The notes under the pieces were generated by a model. The model worked only from the letters and a program-made list of their open reading frames with translations, was not told the origin of the DNA and did not search any database. Made by a program: the position numbers and the translations under genes. DNA of 64,000 nt from Octopus vulgaris (taxonomy: Eukaryota): the NCBI GenBank assembly GCA_951406725.2, contig OX597820.1, positions 77,624,001-77,688,000 of the forward strand, written 5' to 3'. Shown here in pieces: positions 12,020 through 27,955 of the stretch. How positions within the stretch are numbered: position 1 is the first letter of the stretch; each line of letters opens with the position of its first letter.

Positions 12020-13790
12020 GTCAAGACGAAGAGCGCGATTCGATTGCAATATATATTTTATAGGTTGAACGATATTTCGACGGTAAGTCTATCTTTGTCA
12101 AGTTCAAAATAAGATATGTTCAAAATTCAAAATTATAGAAATTTAGATTTAATATATGAACGAGAGTAACCTGCGTCATCAGTCTTTATGTTTCAATTCT
12201 ATCACAGGCGTAAAGTAAAAGACAGTAAAAAGGAAATACAATGAAGTTTAGCCAAAGAATTTACCACCAGACGAAAGGTTACACCTTGGGTACTGCCATG
12301 GCAGTTAATTTCGCTGATGTCCTCATGACGATGTTCGGGACACAATTACTGAAGACATTCATGGTCATGAACCATAATCCTTCATGGTAATGAACCAATA
12401 CTCTGGTTGGTTACGGTTCATTCGTGACGTCTTTTTTGTCCGGCAAGGATCCTAGGATAGTTTAATGGCTTCTTTTCTTGCACTTCTGTGACTTTATGGC
12501 TTTAAGTGCAGCATAAAACTTACGTCTAGTTTTTCAAAAACTAGCGTTGAACTTTTTCGACACAAAAGTTAAGTTTTCTGGGGGCAGAATAGTGACAAAG
12601 TTATTTTTCAAGGCCACTTAATCCGACATTTATCTCCACCACCGCTCCCGTCATCCACATCATATTATTTGGTCAATTCCGAAATCCCATTTTTTGAGGT
12701 TAAAACGGATTTGTACTGACATAGGGGATTACTGGAAACAGGGAAATGCTTTTGTACATCATGTCAAACACGGTTACAGTGAATCACTATTAAAGGAAGT
12801 AGCAAATGAAATAGCTAAGATTAGCAACGATAACTGGCACCGAAATTTCGCTGACATTTCAAAAGTGTTGCATGAAAGGTACCAGCATGTAGCGAAAAAA
12901 TATCCTTGTTTCAAACAGTTATTTCCTCAGCCACCTATTGTAGCCTTTAGACAGAATAATAATATAAGAGAATTTTTGACCTCTATTTCTGACTCCAAGA
13001 AAACGAAGGTTGGAGTATCTGCACCATGTACCTTGAAAAACAGACGCAAGATTCGTAAGCCCTGTTCATTGTGCAACAACACGAGTCAAATGAATTCCAT
13101 CAGGAATCATAAAAGTAATGTTATGATTTGTACAGAACGTGGAACATGTAGAGATTTCCATTTGGTGCACGCTGTACAATGCACGAAACACAACTCAATT
13201 TCCGTTGGTTGTACAACTAAACAGTTAAAAAAAGTATTAATGGGCACAGATTCGATGTCAGATACAATAACAGTAATTCGACAGAACTTTGCGAACATTT
13301 CGCTTCAAGCAGCTGCAATTTTGAAGAAGACTTGAAAGTGCGTATTCTAAGAAAATATTCTGAATCTACTTCACTTTCACATCTCAGAATGCATGAGGAG
13401 AAATATGTTTGCGGGTTATTAACATCACGACCTGGAGGAATGAGTAAAATGACAGAATATCATCAAATTTATATAAAACTGTTTGATTAAATATTCTTTT
13501 TCCCCCTTTTCTTTTCTGTGTCTTTTTTCTGTCTTTTTCTTTTCGCCTATTATAAATTGAAACTTAAAGACTGTTGATGTCATTCCATCAATATGTGGAT
13601 GCTGGTTTCTCTCGTTCATACTTTAAATTTAAATTTCTATAATTCTGAATATTTATCACTTCTTATTTTGAATTTGACAAAGACTTACTGTCGAAATGTC
13701 GTTCAACTTATAAATCATTATTACAATTGAATCGCACTCTTCGCTTTTGGTGTTTACCTTTGTGAAAAATTACGTCAATCCTTTTAAAAT
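12020..13790 (+). mobile_element. Penelope-like element (RT, Cys linker, GIY-YIG) with an inverted 5' pLTR copy, inside (ATT)n
   Basis: QTKGYTLGTAMAVNFADVLM, YLHHRSRHPHH..SIPKSHFLRLKRIC, C..C linker, AVQCTKH..VGCTT. 12020-12175 is the reverse complement of ~13600-13745. Confidence 0.9.
13668..13706 (+). ncRNA. Variant-core minimal hammerhead-like motif (inverted copy at 12065-12107, minus)
   Basis: ttgaat-TTGACAA-agac ttact gtc-GAAA-tg-TC-gttcaa; same architecture in both copies. Confidence 0.5.
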
Positions 13791-13803
13791 ATTATCATTA
13801 TTA

Positions 13804-14015
<212 letters not shown>

Positions 14016-14047
14016 TATTACTATTATTATTATTATTATTATTAATT

Positions 14048-14370
14048 GAGGGTGGAGAGGGAAGTGTTGCCTCTTAGCGAGTGTGTTGAAAGGTGGGTGA
14101 ATGTTGGAAGAATGGCCAGTGTCAAAGGACCAATTCTGCACCTTTAAAGAAAAGGAGAAAGGCTCTTGCTCTGTTGTTCAGGCACCCGTGGCCTTTGTGG
14201 GTATTTCCACGAGGACCGTTGGGAGTTTTAATTTGTTCAATTTTTATTGTTATTACATTGTGTACATACGAAAACCCATTGTATCGTCTTGTTTTTTTCT
14301 TTAATGTTGTTATATGTCTTTTAATGTTTTGTATGTGAGCTTTTGTGGCCAAGAAAAGAATAAATAAAAA
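14048..14370 (+). mobile_element. Probable Tx1/L1-like LINE 3' end
   Basis: RVEREVL...ERWVNVGRMA.. stop, T-rich UTR, aataaa and A-rich end. Confidence 0.4.
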
Positions 14371-14647
14371 TGGGTGTTTCCGAAGGTGAAGTATCCAATT
14401 CCCAAAGAATTCCACTAAGGGACATGCTCAACTGGTTAAGTTCATGCAACTCACAAGGAAATGTGTGGTATTGAGCAGAATATTTGTTGTAGCCCATCTT
14501 TTGTACCAAGATAAAACAATGCCCATGATAACACTTCCAATCAGTTAGGATCAGAAGCGGTTAGAGTCACTGCCTGTTACTGCAACAGGGCATTCGATAC
14601 AATCCCGGCATTCAATATTATTATCATTATCATTATTATTATTATTG

Positions 14648-16210
<1,563 letters not shown>

Positions 16211-16227
16211 ATTCAGTAGTTTTATTT

Positions 16228-16850
16228 TTATAACGTGTTTTCATTTCACTACTGTGTGCCTCGTGTATGTGCTGTAGTTTGGATTGATGCTCTTATGGTT
16301 ACTAACGTTGTCATCTGTTAGAATTGATTCAGCAATTAGAAAGCAGTTTTTTCTTTATGATCTCTGACAACTATTGGCATTAATTTCTCTATCTGTGTGT
16401 ATTACCATATCCCAGATTATGGTTGCTTTCTCATTTTCTGCGATCTGTTCTGGCGTGTGTCTATACCATCTTTTTTCTGTTGTTATTCCATAGTGTTAAC
16501 ATAGCTTCCAGTCCCACCTCTGTCGTGTCTGTGAATATATTACTTCTCAGCCACGACTGGGCAGCCAGAGATAATATGATTTATTGTTTCTTGTCCATCT
16601 CCACATATTCTGCAGTTACTTGTTATGTTTCTTTCATTATATGTCTTTGGTAATTTCTGGTGGCGTGACTTTGGTCTTGTGCTGCAATTAAAAATCCTTC
16701 AGTCTCTGAATTGAGTCCTGAGTTTCTCAGCCACATTTGGGATTTTGCTATGCCTATTTCTTTTGCGTTTTGTTTAGCCCAGTATTTGCCATGAAGAGGC
16801 TTTTCTTGTCATCGTTTTATCATGTTCCGTTGCTGTTCTAGTTTTAGCTA
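16228..16850 (-). mobile_element. R4-type family B fragment
   Basis: Matches 10327-10938 and 11286-11545 without the nested insertion. Confidence 0.8.
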
Positions 16851-16854
16851 GAAC

Positions 16855-17655
16855 AGCAAGTCTTGAGGCGAGTGATGGATAAGATATATTACAGTATGTC
16901 TGAAAGTTTAGGGAGGGGAGGGAATGTGTGAAGGGGCAATAGCGAAATATTCTCATGTAATACAACACAGATATTTAAATTAACAATGTTTTTTCTAAAG
17001 ATGTGTGCAATACTTCTCACCACGTTCCTTTGGATTTCTTTGAGGCATGGTTCTTCTGAGATGTTTTCTAGATGTTTGTGACATCCCTTTGTTATCATAT
17101 CTAAGGTACCTATAAAACAGGAACAGCTCTTGCTTTAAGAACCTTTGTATATCTTTAGATATACTTTTGTATAATTTTTGTACATCTTTTATATTTCGAT
17201 TTCCAGGTCCTTACATTTACTCAATTTGCCAAAATTCCTTTAGAAATATATTCTTATCAGTGGGAACACTTACATCAACTAGTGTACAAGAATTTTCTTC
17301 CCTGTCTTTAATAATTATGTCTGATTGATTATCAGGGATCGTTCTGTCGCTGTTGATTTGAAAATCTCAGAGGATAGTAACATTTTTACCTTCAACAACT
17401 AGCTCAAGGGGATGTTCATACCAATCAGCAGAATCACCGATTTTGTAATGTTTACATATTTCCGAATCTAAATAATGTCCTACCCAATCGTGGCGATTTT
17501 TATATTCGTTTGCTGTCAGCATAAGATATCCCGAAACGAGATGATCTATTGTTTCGTCAACTTTATTGCAGAATTTCCATTTGGTGTCCAAACAGTTTTG
17601 AAGAATGTTAGTCTGGTAGGTTCTGGAAAGCAAGCTTTGATCTTGTGCCACCAAT
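16855..17655 (-). mobile_element. R4-type family D fragment
   Basis: VAQDQSLLSRTYQ...ETIDHLVSG...EYKNRHD...VTIL; abuts compound triplet repeat. Confidence 0.85.
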
Positions 17656-17949
<294 letters not shown>

Positions 17950-18126
17950 CCTTTCTATTACAGGCACAAGGTCTGAAATTTGGCGGGGAGGAGAATAGTC
18001 GATTACAACGAACCTAGTACTTGACCCCAAAAATTGAAAGCAAAGTCGATTTCAGGGAAGTTTGAACTCAGCTCATGGACATGGACGAAATACCGCCTTG
18101 CTCTCGATTCTGCCAGATCTCTGCCT
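17950..18126 (-). mobile_element. tRNA-derived SINE (family 2)
   Basis: Reverse complement has ctggcagaatc (A box), gagttcaaa (B box) and the gtcgac/tttcaa core. Confidence 0.7.
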
Positions 18127-19177
18127 TGTTTCTACACATGATATTACAAGTGTTTTGACCTAAGCATTCAATCTCTGGGCCTGTCTACTTCACAAATGCA
18201 GTAGAACATGGTTTCTAACATTGTACAGTCATTAGACGCGTCAGTGTATGTGAGGGAATATTTTCTGATTCTCGCCCACTTATGTATAGGAGACGTCATT
18301 TTGTCATTACGTTTATGGGGAACAACTTAAAGAAAAATCTAAAATGTGAAGGACGTTAAGAATGCAGACGATTGCAAGGTAGGGAAAAAAAGGATGCACA
18401 TTTGGGGAAACAAGGACTTTTTAAGAGAAAAGAGATTGCATGAGATAAATTGAATGCAAGAAACACTGTGAGAAAGAAAGAAATCTGGAGAAGCACTATT
18501 GAGAATCAGAACTTGCAATGGACAAATAATGAGTTAGAAGGAGGAGAAAGAGAGAAGAGAGCTTAATGATATAACTAGAATGTTAAGTATGGGAGATAAC
18601 AAAAAAAAAAGCAAATGGCAATTCAAACCAAAAACGATATAGATGTCGAAAGAGGTTAGTAAAGAAGCTTTATGAATGAAAAAGACATCTATTTTTTCAG
18701 GCTTGTGCAATAAAGAGTGGATTGTGCGAATGACTTCAAGTAGTCTTTAAAATTATGGAACAAATCTTGTGAAACTTCAATCTGTATTTTTAATGTGATT
18801 CTTTTTAAATTTATTTTATATACTGAGCGCATGATGTATGTTTGAATTACATTCTACACCATTCCACTAAATAAATTTGTACTAGCTTCCTCATATTTGT
18901 CGATAAATTATTCGATAGAGTTCACAGGTCCAAGTCAAACTAATGCAGATGTATCAATTGGAATAGCAATCCATGAGTTTGCCTGGTACTAAAGTTCAGT
19001 AATTTCAATATCTGATTTCATAAAATTTAACTACTTGATGCACTTGAAGAACACAAGTGCTCAATCGATAAATAATTAAATTTACTCAACATACAACGAA
19101 ACGGTTTCTAAGTTCAGTACGTTATCATTTGCGTTTATAAGCATACGCAGGGTCGAGGTTACTTAACGGGTATGTGG

Positions 19178-19218
<41 letters not shown>

Positions 19219-19957
19219 TATATATATGTATCACTAACAAAGCTTACTTTATGTAAAAAAAAGTTCGCATAAGTGTACCAATTACTTTTTCAATAAACTG
19301 ACTTGGAATGTGATTTTATAAAAAAGAAAAGAAGGCAACCTCAATTCAAATCCGAGAAAATAGAAAATTAGGAGTTTCAGAGAGAATGATAAAGGCGCTC
19401 TGTGAATGAAAAAAACTATATTCTTCTTTAAAGTTTGAACAATAAAGAACGGAATGCTGGAATAAGCTCAAGTAGTCATGAAAATTCAGGGATTAATTAA
19501 ATACGTTTATTATGAACGTTTATAATGCTCGAAAAGTGTGTTTGTTCTTTTGTAAAACGTCATAGGTCATAAGACATACCATTTGTTCGGACGTAATGAA
19601 ATGCCTCTAGAGGGATTCCTCCGACGTGTACCAGTGAATACGATAAGAATCATGCAAAATATTGAGTTTGTAGCTTTTTTTCCCGATAAATTTCATAGAT
19701 GCATCGCGAGTTTTAGTCTCTGAAAAAAACTCAGAAGTAAATTCCTAAAATGTATTAATGTAAAAATAGGACGTATGTGCACTCAATATATCTAAATGTA
19801 AACGATGTAATGCTGATTGGTGGGTGACTGCACAAAAATTCTTCAAGAGAATACAGCGAACAATTAAAATGGGCAGATCGATGGATGGAATGCAGTGGAA
19901 CTTGGAACATCACGTTAAATGAGCGCTTAGCTCTCTCTCCGTCTCTCTCTCTTTCTT

Positions 19958-20008
<51 letters not shown>

Positions 20009-20299
20009 GAAATAGAATGGTCAATAAAAAATGCACACCGATATAATATATTATGCGACGTATGTGACTGTGCCTTGAGGAAGGCTTGTGCATTCTGTTA
20101 AGTAACGAAAATGTGGTAAACAATCTTAATGATATTGTCACTGTACCAAATTTACATTTTCCAGATACAACACAGTAGAATAGCAATAATGATTCAGTGA
20201 ACTATCTCCCTCACCCCATCGCACCTATCCATGTGTGCATGTGTGTAGTTGTATTTCTATATGTAAGTATGCCTGCCTTTTCGCGTACTTAGAGAGTTA

Positions 20300-22280
20300 C
20301 GACGTCCTCTTGTGAGAAATAGCTTGGACCGAGAGATCATGAATAGTAGTGTTAGGAGTGATGCTTGTGTTAGTTTGTGTTAGTTCGAGTTGAGGTCACA
20401 GTCAAGTCGGAAGGTGTTGGTTGGTTAGTTCGTTTGGAATATTGATTGTTGGTTCATGAATAGATTGTTAGATCGTTACGTTGTTATTACGGTTGCATCG
20501 TTACCTTGTTTACTGTTACTACACTGGTACAGTGTATCTAAACCATCACTTGCAATAACGTGGCAGTACCACAACATATGGAGACGGAAGATGCATCTGA
20601 TGACAAGGGTTTCGACGCTCACGTAGGATATTTTACAATTTGTTCGTGATAGAACTTAAGTGATGGAAGGCTTATTAGTTTCTAAAATTCACTTTCAAAA
20701 ACAACAAGAACAGAAACAGGAGTTACGGAAGAAACTAGTACAGCAATTATTACAACAACAACAACAATTATTGGAGTTATACGCAAAGAAGTCCGAAAAT
20801 GCGGTAAGTTCGTTTTTGTCAGATGGCGTAACTCCATTAGAGAATTCAGTTTTAACGCAGAGGAGAGTATAAATTTGGCAGCGTACTACAGAAAGTACGA
20901 CAAGAATTTTAAGTAAAATTGAAAAACATGTTCGGACAGAGAAAAGTTAAGGATATTATTATGTAAATTAGCTCCGCCTGAGCATGAAGGATACAGTAAT
21001 TTCATATTGACCCAAAAGTCGAGTGAAAATTGTTTTCAGAAAACAATCAAATTACTGTTTAATATGTTCGCTGATAAGACTTCTCTATTTAACATTCGAA
21101 TGGAGTATTGGAAAAAAAAAAAGGATGGTGATTTACTACGTATGCAGGAATGAGTGAAAGTTTTAAACTTAAAGGACTCCTGTACAAGGCCTTACTGCAA
21201 ATGAAGATACAGAAATACGGGCAGGAATTCATTTAAAACTGGAACAAGTGATCCAAGATTTAACCCTGCAGATTGTTGCAGAGGAGTGTCAAAGGATGAA
21301 CCAGAACCACGACATAAAGAAAATTCAAGAAAAAGTTTTCGCAAAAATACAGATATGTCGATCGAGAAAGTATAACCAAAAAAGACTGCTAGGTCATATT
21401 CCATGTTAGGAATGTAGAGGCCTACATTTCAGAAAAGATTGTCCTTTTAAAAACCAAAAATGTTACAGTTGGCAAAAATTTCGACACAAGTGTTCACACT
21501 GAAGAACAAAAGCACGGATGTTAAAATGCAAAATATTCTAAAATGCTCTCAGCAGAAAATAAAATCGAATCCCTAGGTTGAGAAAATCAGCGAAAACTGC
21601 ACGTGGCGTGACGGGTGATAAATTACACTTTGTAGGCGAAATGTAGAATGGAGTCACATTTCGAGGAAGACTTGCAAGGCGAAAGTTTTCTTCCTAAAGA
21701 ACCCAACCAGTCTGTTGCGTACCGACTGGTTGGAGTTATTTGATTTATGGGAACCCCAAATATGTCGGTAGTGTAAAAAATCAAATGGTTACCCCACCAG
21801 TGAAAAGAACTCAGCAGCTGAATGAAAGAAACAAATTAAGTAAAAATATTATGCGTAAGGTTATTCACGAACTGCCAGTGAGCGCGCATGATTTAAACAT
21901 GAAATCCGCAGAGGATAATTACATTACAAGAATGAAAGAAATGTTGAAATATAAGTAGAATAAAAATACAAATTCGAATAACTTTTCATTATGTGACGTT
22001 GTTTTAATGAACGCGAAAAGAGTGGTAGTACCAAGTGCGCTACTGAAACGAGTATTTCAGTGGAAAATCGGTAATGTCAAGAATTAAAGCCTTAATGAGG
22101 AGCTATGTATATTGGCCGACAATGGACCGACACTTTGAAAATTGTGTAAAATCATGTAGAGGTTTAGGGCTAGCAATCAGGCTATATATCGACTACGCTT
22201 GACCGTTGAACGCTTCATACTACCTAATCGTTGTTGATTGCGGTACAAAGTGGCCAGAGGTTTGCAGTTGCAATAAACCA
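20300..22280 (+). mobile_element. Internally deleted Ty3/gypsy (Mag-like) LTR retrotransposon
   Basis: LTR end ...acaaca (20576) + PBS-like tggagacg; gag (Q-rich, EKLRILL.KL..EH..Y.NFIL, double Cys/His knuckle); protease remnant (TDWLELFDLW); integrase (RSYVYWP...C..; YLIVVD..TKWPEV); no RT/RNase H seen. Confidence 0.8.
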
Positions 22281-22281
22281 A

Positions 22282-22815
22282 TCGTATCCTACTATTTGGC
22301 AAATAGTAGGACACAGCCTCTAAGACAATATAACCCCCCTTCCACTTTAATTTCCTCAGGAATAACTTCTGACATTTATTTCACCCCTACCTATTTCTAT
22401 AAATAGAAAATCTCTTGTGCCCCCATTCAACAGAATATCCCTTCCCACTTTCTAGCAGATCAAAATAACTTAAAGAAATTTCTTCAGTCAGGAGATAAAT
22501 TCTAATGCTTTAATGTTCTTAACATTCAAATCAACATCTCTGTCTGTAAATCTACCCTCTTTATAATGTTATCAATTAGCATGAAAATAAGTATATGTAT
22601 TGTTGGAAAACCTCTATAAATGGCTGATGATTGCTCAACATTTTAAAACTGTTGTAATACTTACAATGTTTAATAAAATGATGTAGCGTGAAACGATCGT
22701 ACCAAATTACCGAAGATATTCTTGTTGCTTATTTTGATTATAATCACCCCATGGATTTATATGGATAACACCATACAAAATTCTGGTGCATCTGACTTAA
22801 GTACCATATTCATTT
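22282..22815 (+). mobile_element. PLE-like 3' UTR/pLTR fragment carrying a hammerhead
   Basis: Abrupt junction with the gypsy integrase; contains an intact hammerhead; ends at (CT)n(TA)n. Confidence 0.55.
22621..22704 (+). ncRNA. Type I hammerhead ribozyme, intact core
   Basis: tgg-CTGATGA-ttgct caacatttta...taaaatgatgt agcgt-GAAA-cgatcg-TA-cca; predicted cleavage after 22701. Confidence 0.8.
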
Positions 22816-22817
22816 GA

Positions 22818-22889
<72 letters not shown>

Positions 22890-22896
22890 ATACATA

Positions 22897-24074
22897 TACG
22901 AGGAGTGACATTGTAAATTACATCATTTCACTAGTATTCGTTTGTCTTTTACGGCTGCTGAAGTAGACTAAAGTGTTATAATGCACTGATTTAAATACAG
23001 ATCAGTGACCAGGTTCTTATACTTTAAAGGGCGTACGCCAAAACAGACGTTCGATGAGATCAAGTAAATTTATGGTAACGCTGCACCATCATGCAACGTA
23101 GGAAAGCACTGCCATCCCCAGTTCAAATGTGGTCGGACGTCGGTGGAAACTGCTCCTATTCTTGGCTGACCACATTCCGCCATTGGTGACGACACCATCG
23201 ATAAAGACGAAGCCGTGACCTTCGAGGACCGCTGTATATATATTATGCAATTATCCCAAGAAGGGAAGATAAGTATATGGTCCTTGGAAAATATCCTTCA
23301 CGACCATTTTGAAACGCGGATACCCCGGATGCTCACATCTTTTCAGATGTAGGAACGAGATAATTGCTCCCAGGCTCTTTTGGAAATGTCGCAAGAAAGG
23401 AGGACTTTTTCGGCAGACTTATCACACAGGATGAAACATGAATCCATCACTATGATCATGAGACTAAAGTCCCGTCGAAACAATGGAAGTATCACCTCCA
23501 GAGAAGGCTCATGTCCAACCCTCAGCCGGCAAGCTGATGATCACAGTGTTTTGGGACCAGCGCAGAGTAATGATGATGGACTTTCTGGCAAAGGGCACCA
23601 CAAATAATGCGGCATATTATGCTTCTCAGCTGCAGAAATTGCGGGACGCTATCAAAGCAAAGAGGTGTGGCATGCTGACCAAAGGAGTCCCCCTCCTTCA
23701 AGACAACGCCCCAGTTCATAATGCTTATGTTGCCCCGCAGAAAACACACTCCTGCGGCTGTGAAAGCCTTCCTCATTCCCCTTACTCTCGCAACCTCGCA
23801 CCATCTGACTTCCATCTCTTTCCAACCAAGAAGTCGTTTTTTAAAGGAAAGTACTTTTCGGATGATGATGAACTTATTTCTGAGGTAAAGTCTTGGCTCT
23901 AGGCGCAACCTACCGTCTTCTACAGACGAGTCTTCACAACTGCATACAGCGGTGGGTGAAGTGTGTCACAATTAGTGGTAGCTATGTAGAGAAAGCCTAG
24001 TAATTATGCCAAGTTTGTTTATCACAATGCATGGGAAGTGATTCACGGGAAAACTTTAATGAACATCCCTCGTA
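22897..24074 (+). mobile_element. Near full-length decayed mariner transposon
   Basis: tacgagg...cctcgta ends; SAGKLMITVFWD, LLQDNAPVH, PHSPYSRNLAPSDFHLF. Confidence 0.92.
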
Positions 24075-24304
24075 GACATAGATATAGATATAAATATATA
24101 GTATTGTATGATCAGCTGGATATGCAATGGAAAAGCTAGACGGTGAAACAGAAACGGAGAGACATTAATGCAGATCGATAGATATATAGACAGACAGATA
24201 GACATACAGATAGACAGAGAGTCAGATAGATACATACATACATGCATTATACATACATACATACATAGAAATATAAATATATACCTATATAGACAGATTG
24301 ATAA

Positions 24305-24335
<31 letters not shown>

Positions 24336-25282
24336 CATGCATACATACATATGTACGTACATACAAACATACACACACATATGCATACATACATGCATAC
24401 ATACATACATACATACATACATACATACATACATACATACATACATACATACATACATGATTATAAATCGAATCCATCACTGGAACTGTAAAAATCTGTA
24501 AAACGTTCCAGAAGTTTATCATTTAAATATATATGAGCGTGTCTAGATATGTAGCTATATGCATAAGAATACATACACAAAGCTAAACGTACAAATATGC
24601 ACATATACTATACATACATATATACATACATATATACATACAAACATACATACATACATACATACATACATACATACATACATACATACATACATACATA
24701 CATACATACATTCATGCATACATACCTTGATGATGATGTTGAAATTCCAATAAAAGAATCTTGGTTGGCAATAATTCTTGAAATAAACTAAATAATGATA
24801 TACATATATACATACATACATAGACAAATGCTGAAAAAGTATACCTCAACTCATTGTGTGAGATGATTAATCGATACACGTATATAACGGATATTCGTCA
24901 ATTAAATAATATATTGAATATTATCGATTACGAAAGACTAATTAACACGATGCGGTGAGATATATTCTTCTTTGCGTGAACAAATCAAATCATGCAGACC
25001 GACACCTGGAGTAAAAGTGTTTGCTACCCACGCGCGCGCGCACACACAGACACACACACAAACACACGTACACATGCACTTATAGATGGTTGCATAGATA
25101 TATACGTGTAAATATGTGTGTACATGTATATATACGCATATACATGTACATGTATAATATACCCGTATATATTTGGATATATACATACACACACATATGT
25201 CGATTCTTCTACAAATCTTTCTACCAATAGACAGACACACAGACACACTCACACAGAGACATACAGATTGTTATATATATAT

Positions 25283-25408
<126 letters not shown>

Positions 25409-25635
25409 GGATAGATAGATAGATAGATAGATAGATTGAATGATAGAGGATTCCATGATTATTTCAAGTGAAAGAGTTCATTATCACGTTTTTGAAAATA
25501 ATTGCAAAACGTTGAGTTTTAAATAACATGAATATTTCATATCCTGCATGAGAACTAAATTAAAAGTAACTTTGTTATTTGAATCTGGTACGCGTTAAAA
25601 AAAAACGCACGCACGCATACACACACACATATGTG

Positions 25636-25668
<33 letters not shown>

Positions 25669-25794
25669 ATAAATGTGTGTCTGTGTGTGTGCGTGTGTGT
25701 GTATGCCCGCGTGTGTGTGTGTGTGTAGACCGGAGTAAGCACAGCTTTGCTTATTTCTGTTCTATTTTAACAAAACCTGTCCGACGTACGCGAA

Positions 25795-26578
25795 CGTGAA
25801 ACATTTCTAGGCAATTCTTAATCCAGCTATGTAGTAGGCTATCAAAAGCTTTTTGATAGTCTATCCAGGCTATTGACAAGTTTTTGTGTCGTTTGTGACA
25901 ATCTTCTAAGTTCATCTTATTGTTGAGTAGCTGATCTTTACAACCATAGGATCCACGTTTACATCCTTTTTGTTCATCAGGGAATATGCTGCTTTCTATT
26001 AAAAAACTATACGTATATTCAGTCAGGACAAATGTTAGCGTGTTATACATAGTCGTTAAGCAGGTTATGGTTCATTTGTTTCTTCACTTTTTGGAAGCAG
26101 GAATGTTAAACCATTAACTAGCGAAGAAGGCATCCTAATAGGATGTTGCAAAACATCGTTGTAATGCTCTGTTAGCAGTTCATGACTCTCTGGGAAGGCA
26201 TTCAACCAGAAGTTAGGAATTTTATCCTTTCCTGGAGACTTCCATTTCCTTGACCTCATGAGAGCAGATCTTACATCTTCTACCTTGACACCCTCCCACT
26301 TTTGCTCCTCTAAGGAGTCCAAGTCTGTAGATATTCTATCAATCCAACGGGCCTTTTCGTTGTGTGTTTTTTCTTTTGCCCAAATTTTATTTCCAAATCC
26401 CTGCACGTTTTCTTTTGATGGTACAGACTTTATAGTAACTGGTGTTTTCCCTATCTTCCTGGGTTATTTTGAACATGTTGTTGTCCTTGAAGTATCTAAC
26501 ACGCCTTTCATACCTCGCTATACGGGCAGATTTAGCACATACCTTTTGATTGATGATTTCTAAGGGGGTATCAATGTT
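25795..26578 (-). mobile_element. R4-type RT domain fragment
   Basis: KWKSPGKDKIPNFWL, EQKGCKRGSYGCKDQLL, AWIDYQKAFDS; 5' side abuts (TAA)n. Confidence 0.9.
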
Positions 26579-26579
26579 A

Positions 26580-26614
<35 letters not shown>

Positions 26615-26676
26615 TAGTAATAGTAGTAATAGTAGTCGTAGTAGTAGTCGTAGTGGTGGTGGTGGTGGTGGTGGTT

Positions 26677-26772
<96 letters not shown>

Positions 26773-27886
26773 ATAGTAGTAGTTGTTGTTGTTGTTGTTG
26801 TAGTTGCTGTTGTTCTAGTAGCCAAATTACTCATAGACATACCAACCGTAACATGTGCTTGAAAGGATAATCTCCCGTTCCACCATTTTTGATGATTATA
26901 TACATGTTTCTATGTAAGCATGTATGTACGTATGTATACATGGATATATGCATGTATATATGTATTATATGTATTGTATGCATGAGTGTATGTATATATG
27001 TATATATGTATACATGTGAGTATGTATGTATGTTTGTATGTATGTTATTATTCAATTTATTTCAAGATTTCTTGCTAATAGAGAAACAAGCGGTTTCTAA
27101 CCTGGATCCAAGGCTCCTTCATTGGCATTTCAACATCAACAACAGGATACTTTTGTTTGTTTGTATGTATGTACTCTCGTAAATATAGCTGCATGTGTGT
27201 ATGCATATGCAGATTTGCATGTTTCATATATGTATTTTCAGGCATATAGTTGCATGTGTGTGTATGTATGTATGTATGTTTGTATGTATGTACGTACGTT
27301 TAAACAGATTTGTATGTTTTTTGTATGTATGTATTCTCATGCATATAGTTGCATACGTAGACTCCTCATATATATTTAAATAATACACTTCTGTGTGTGT
27401 GTATGTATGCATGTATGTATTGTATGTATGTACGTAGCAGGAGATTCGGCGGTGAGTATGTTGATAAGTGACTACACATTTTTAATAAAGAATATTTCAT
27501 AATCATGGCATATTCAGATAAAAAGCACACTGTTTGATGTCTCTTGCAAAGTAGCTTTCATGTACGGAATTAATTGTTTCCTATAACTTTACACCAAGCT
27601 GATTTCTAATATACTGTTTCAGATACCCGATCAAAAGTAATGGTATATTATCGTCGTGATTTACTTGGGCAAATATCATTTCTGTAAAACTACTATATTA
27701 ATGCGAACAGATTTAATTAGATGTAAGAAAAAGAAACATTTTTTTTTGTTTCAGGCGATTATTTAGCTTACTCTCTTAGCTTTTATTCTTAAACTGTAGC
27801 AAAAATTTATTAGTAGCTGGGGAATCACTTTCACTGTCTTTGTCTCTCGCATTCTCCAACAATATCTCTGTTTCTGTCTCTCGCTG

Positions 27887-27955
<69 letters not shown>

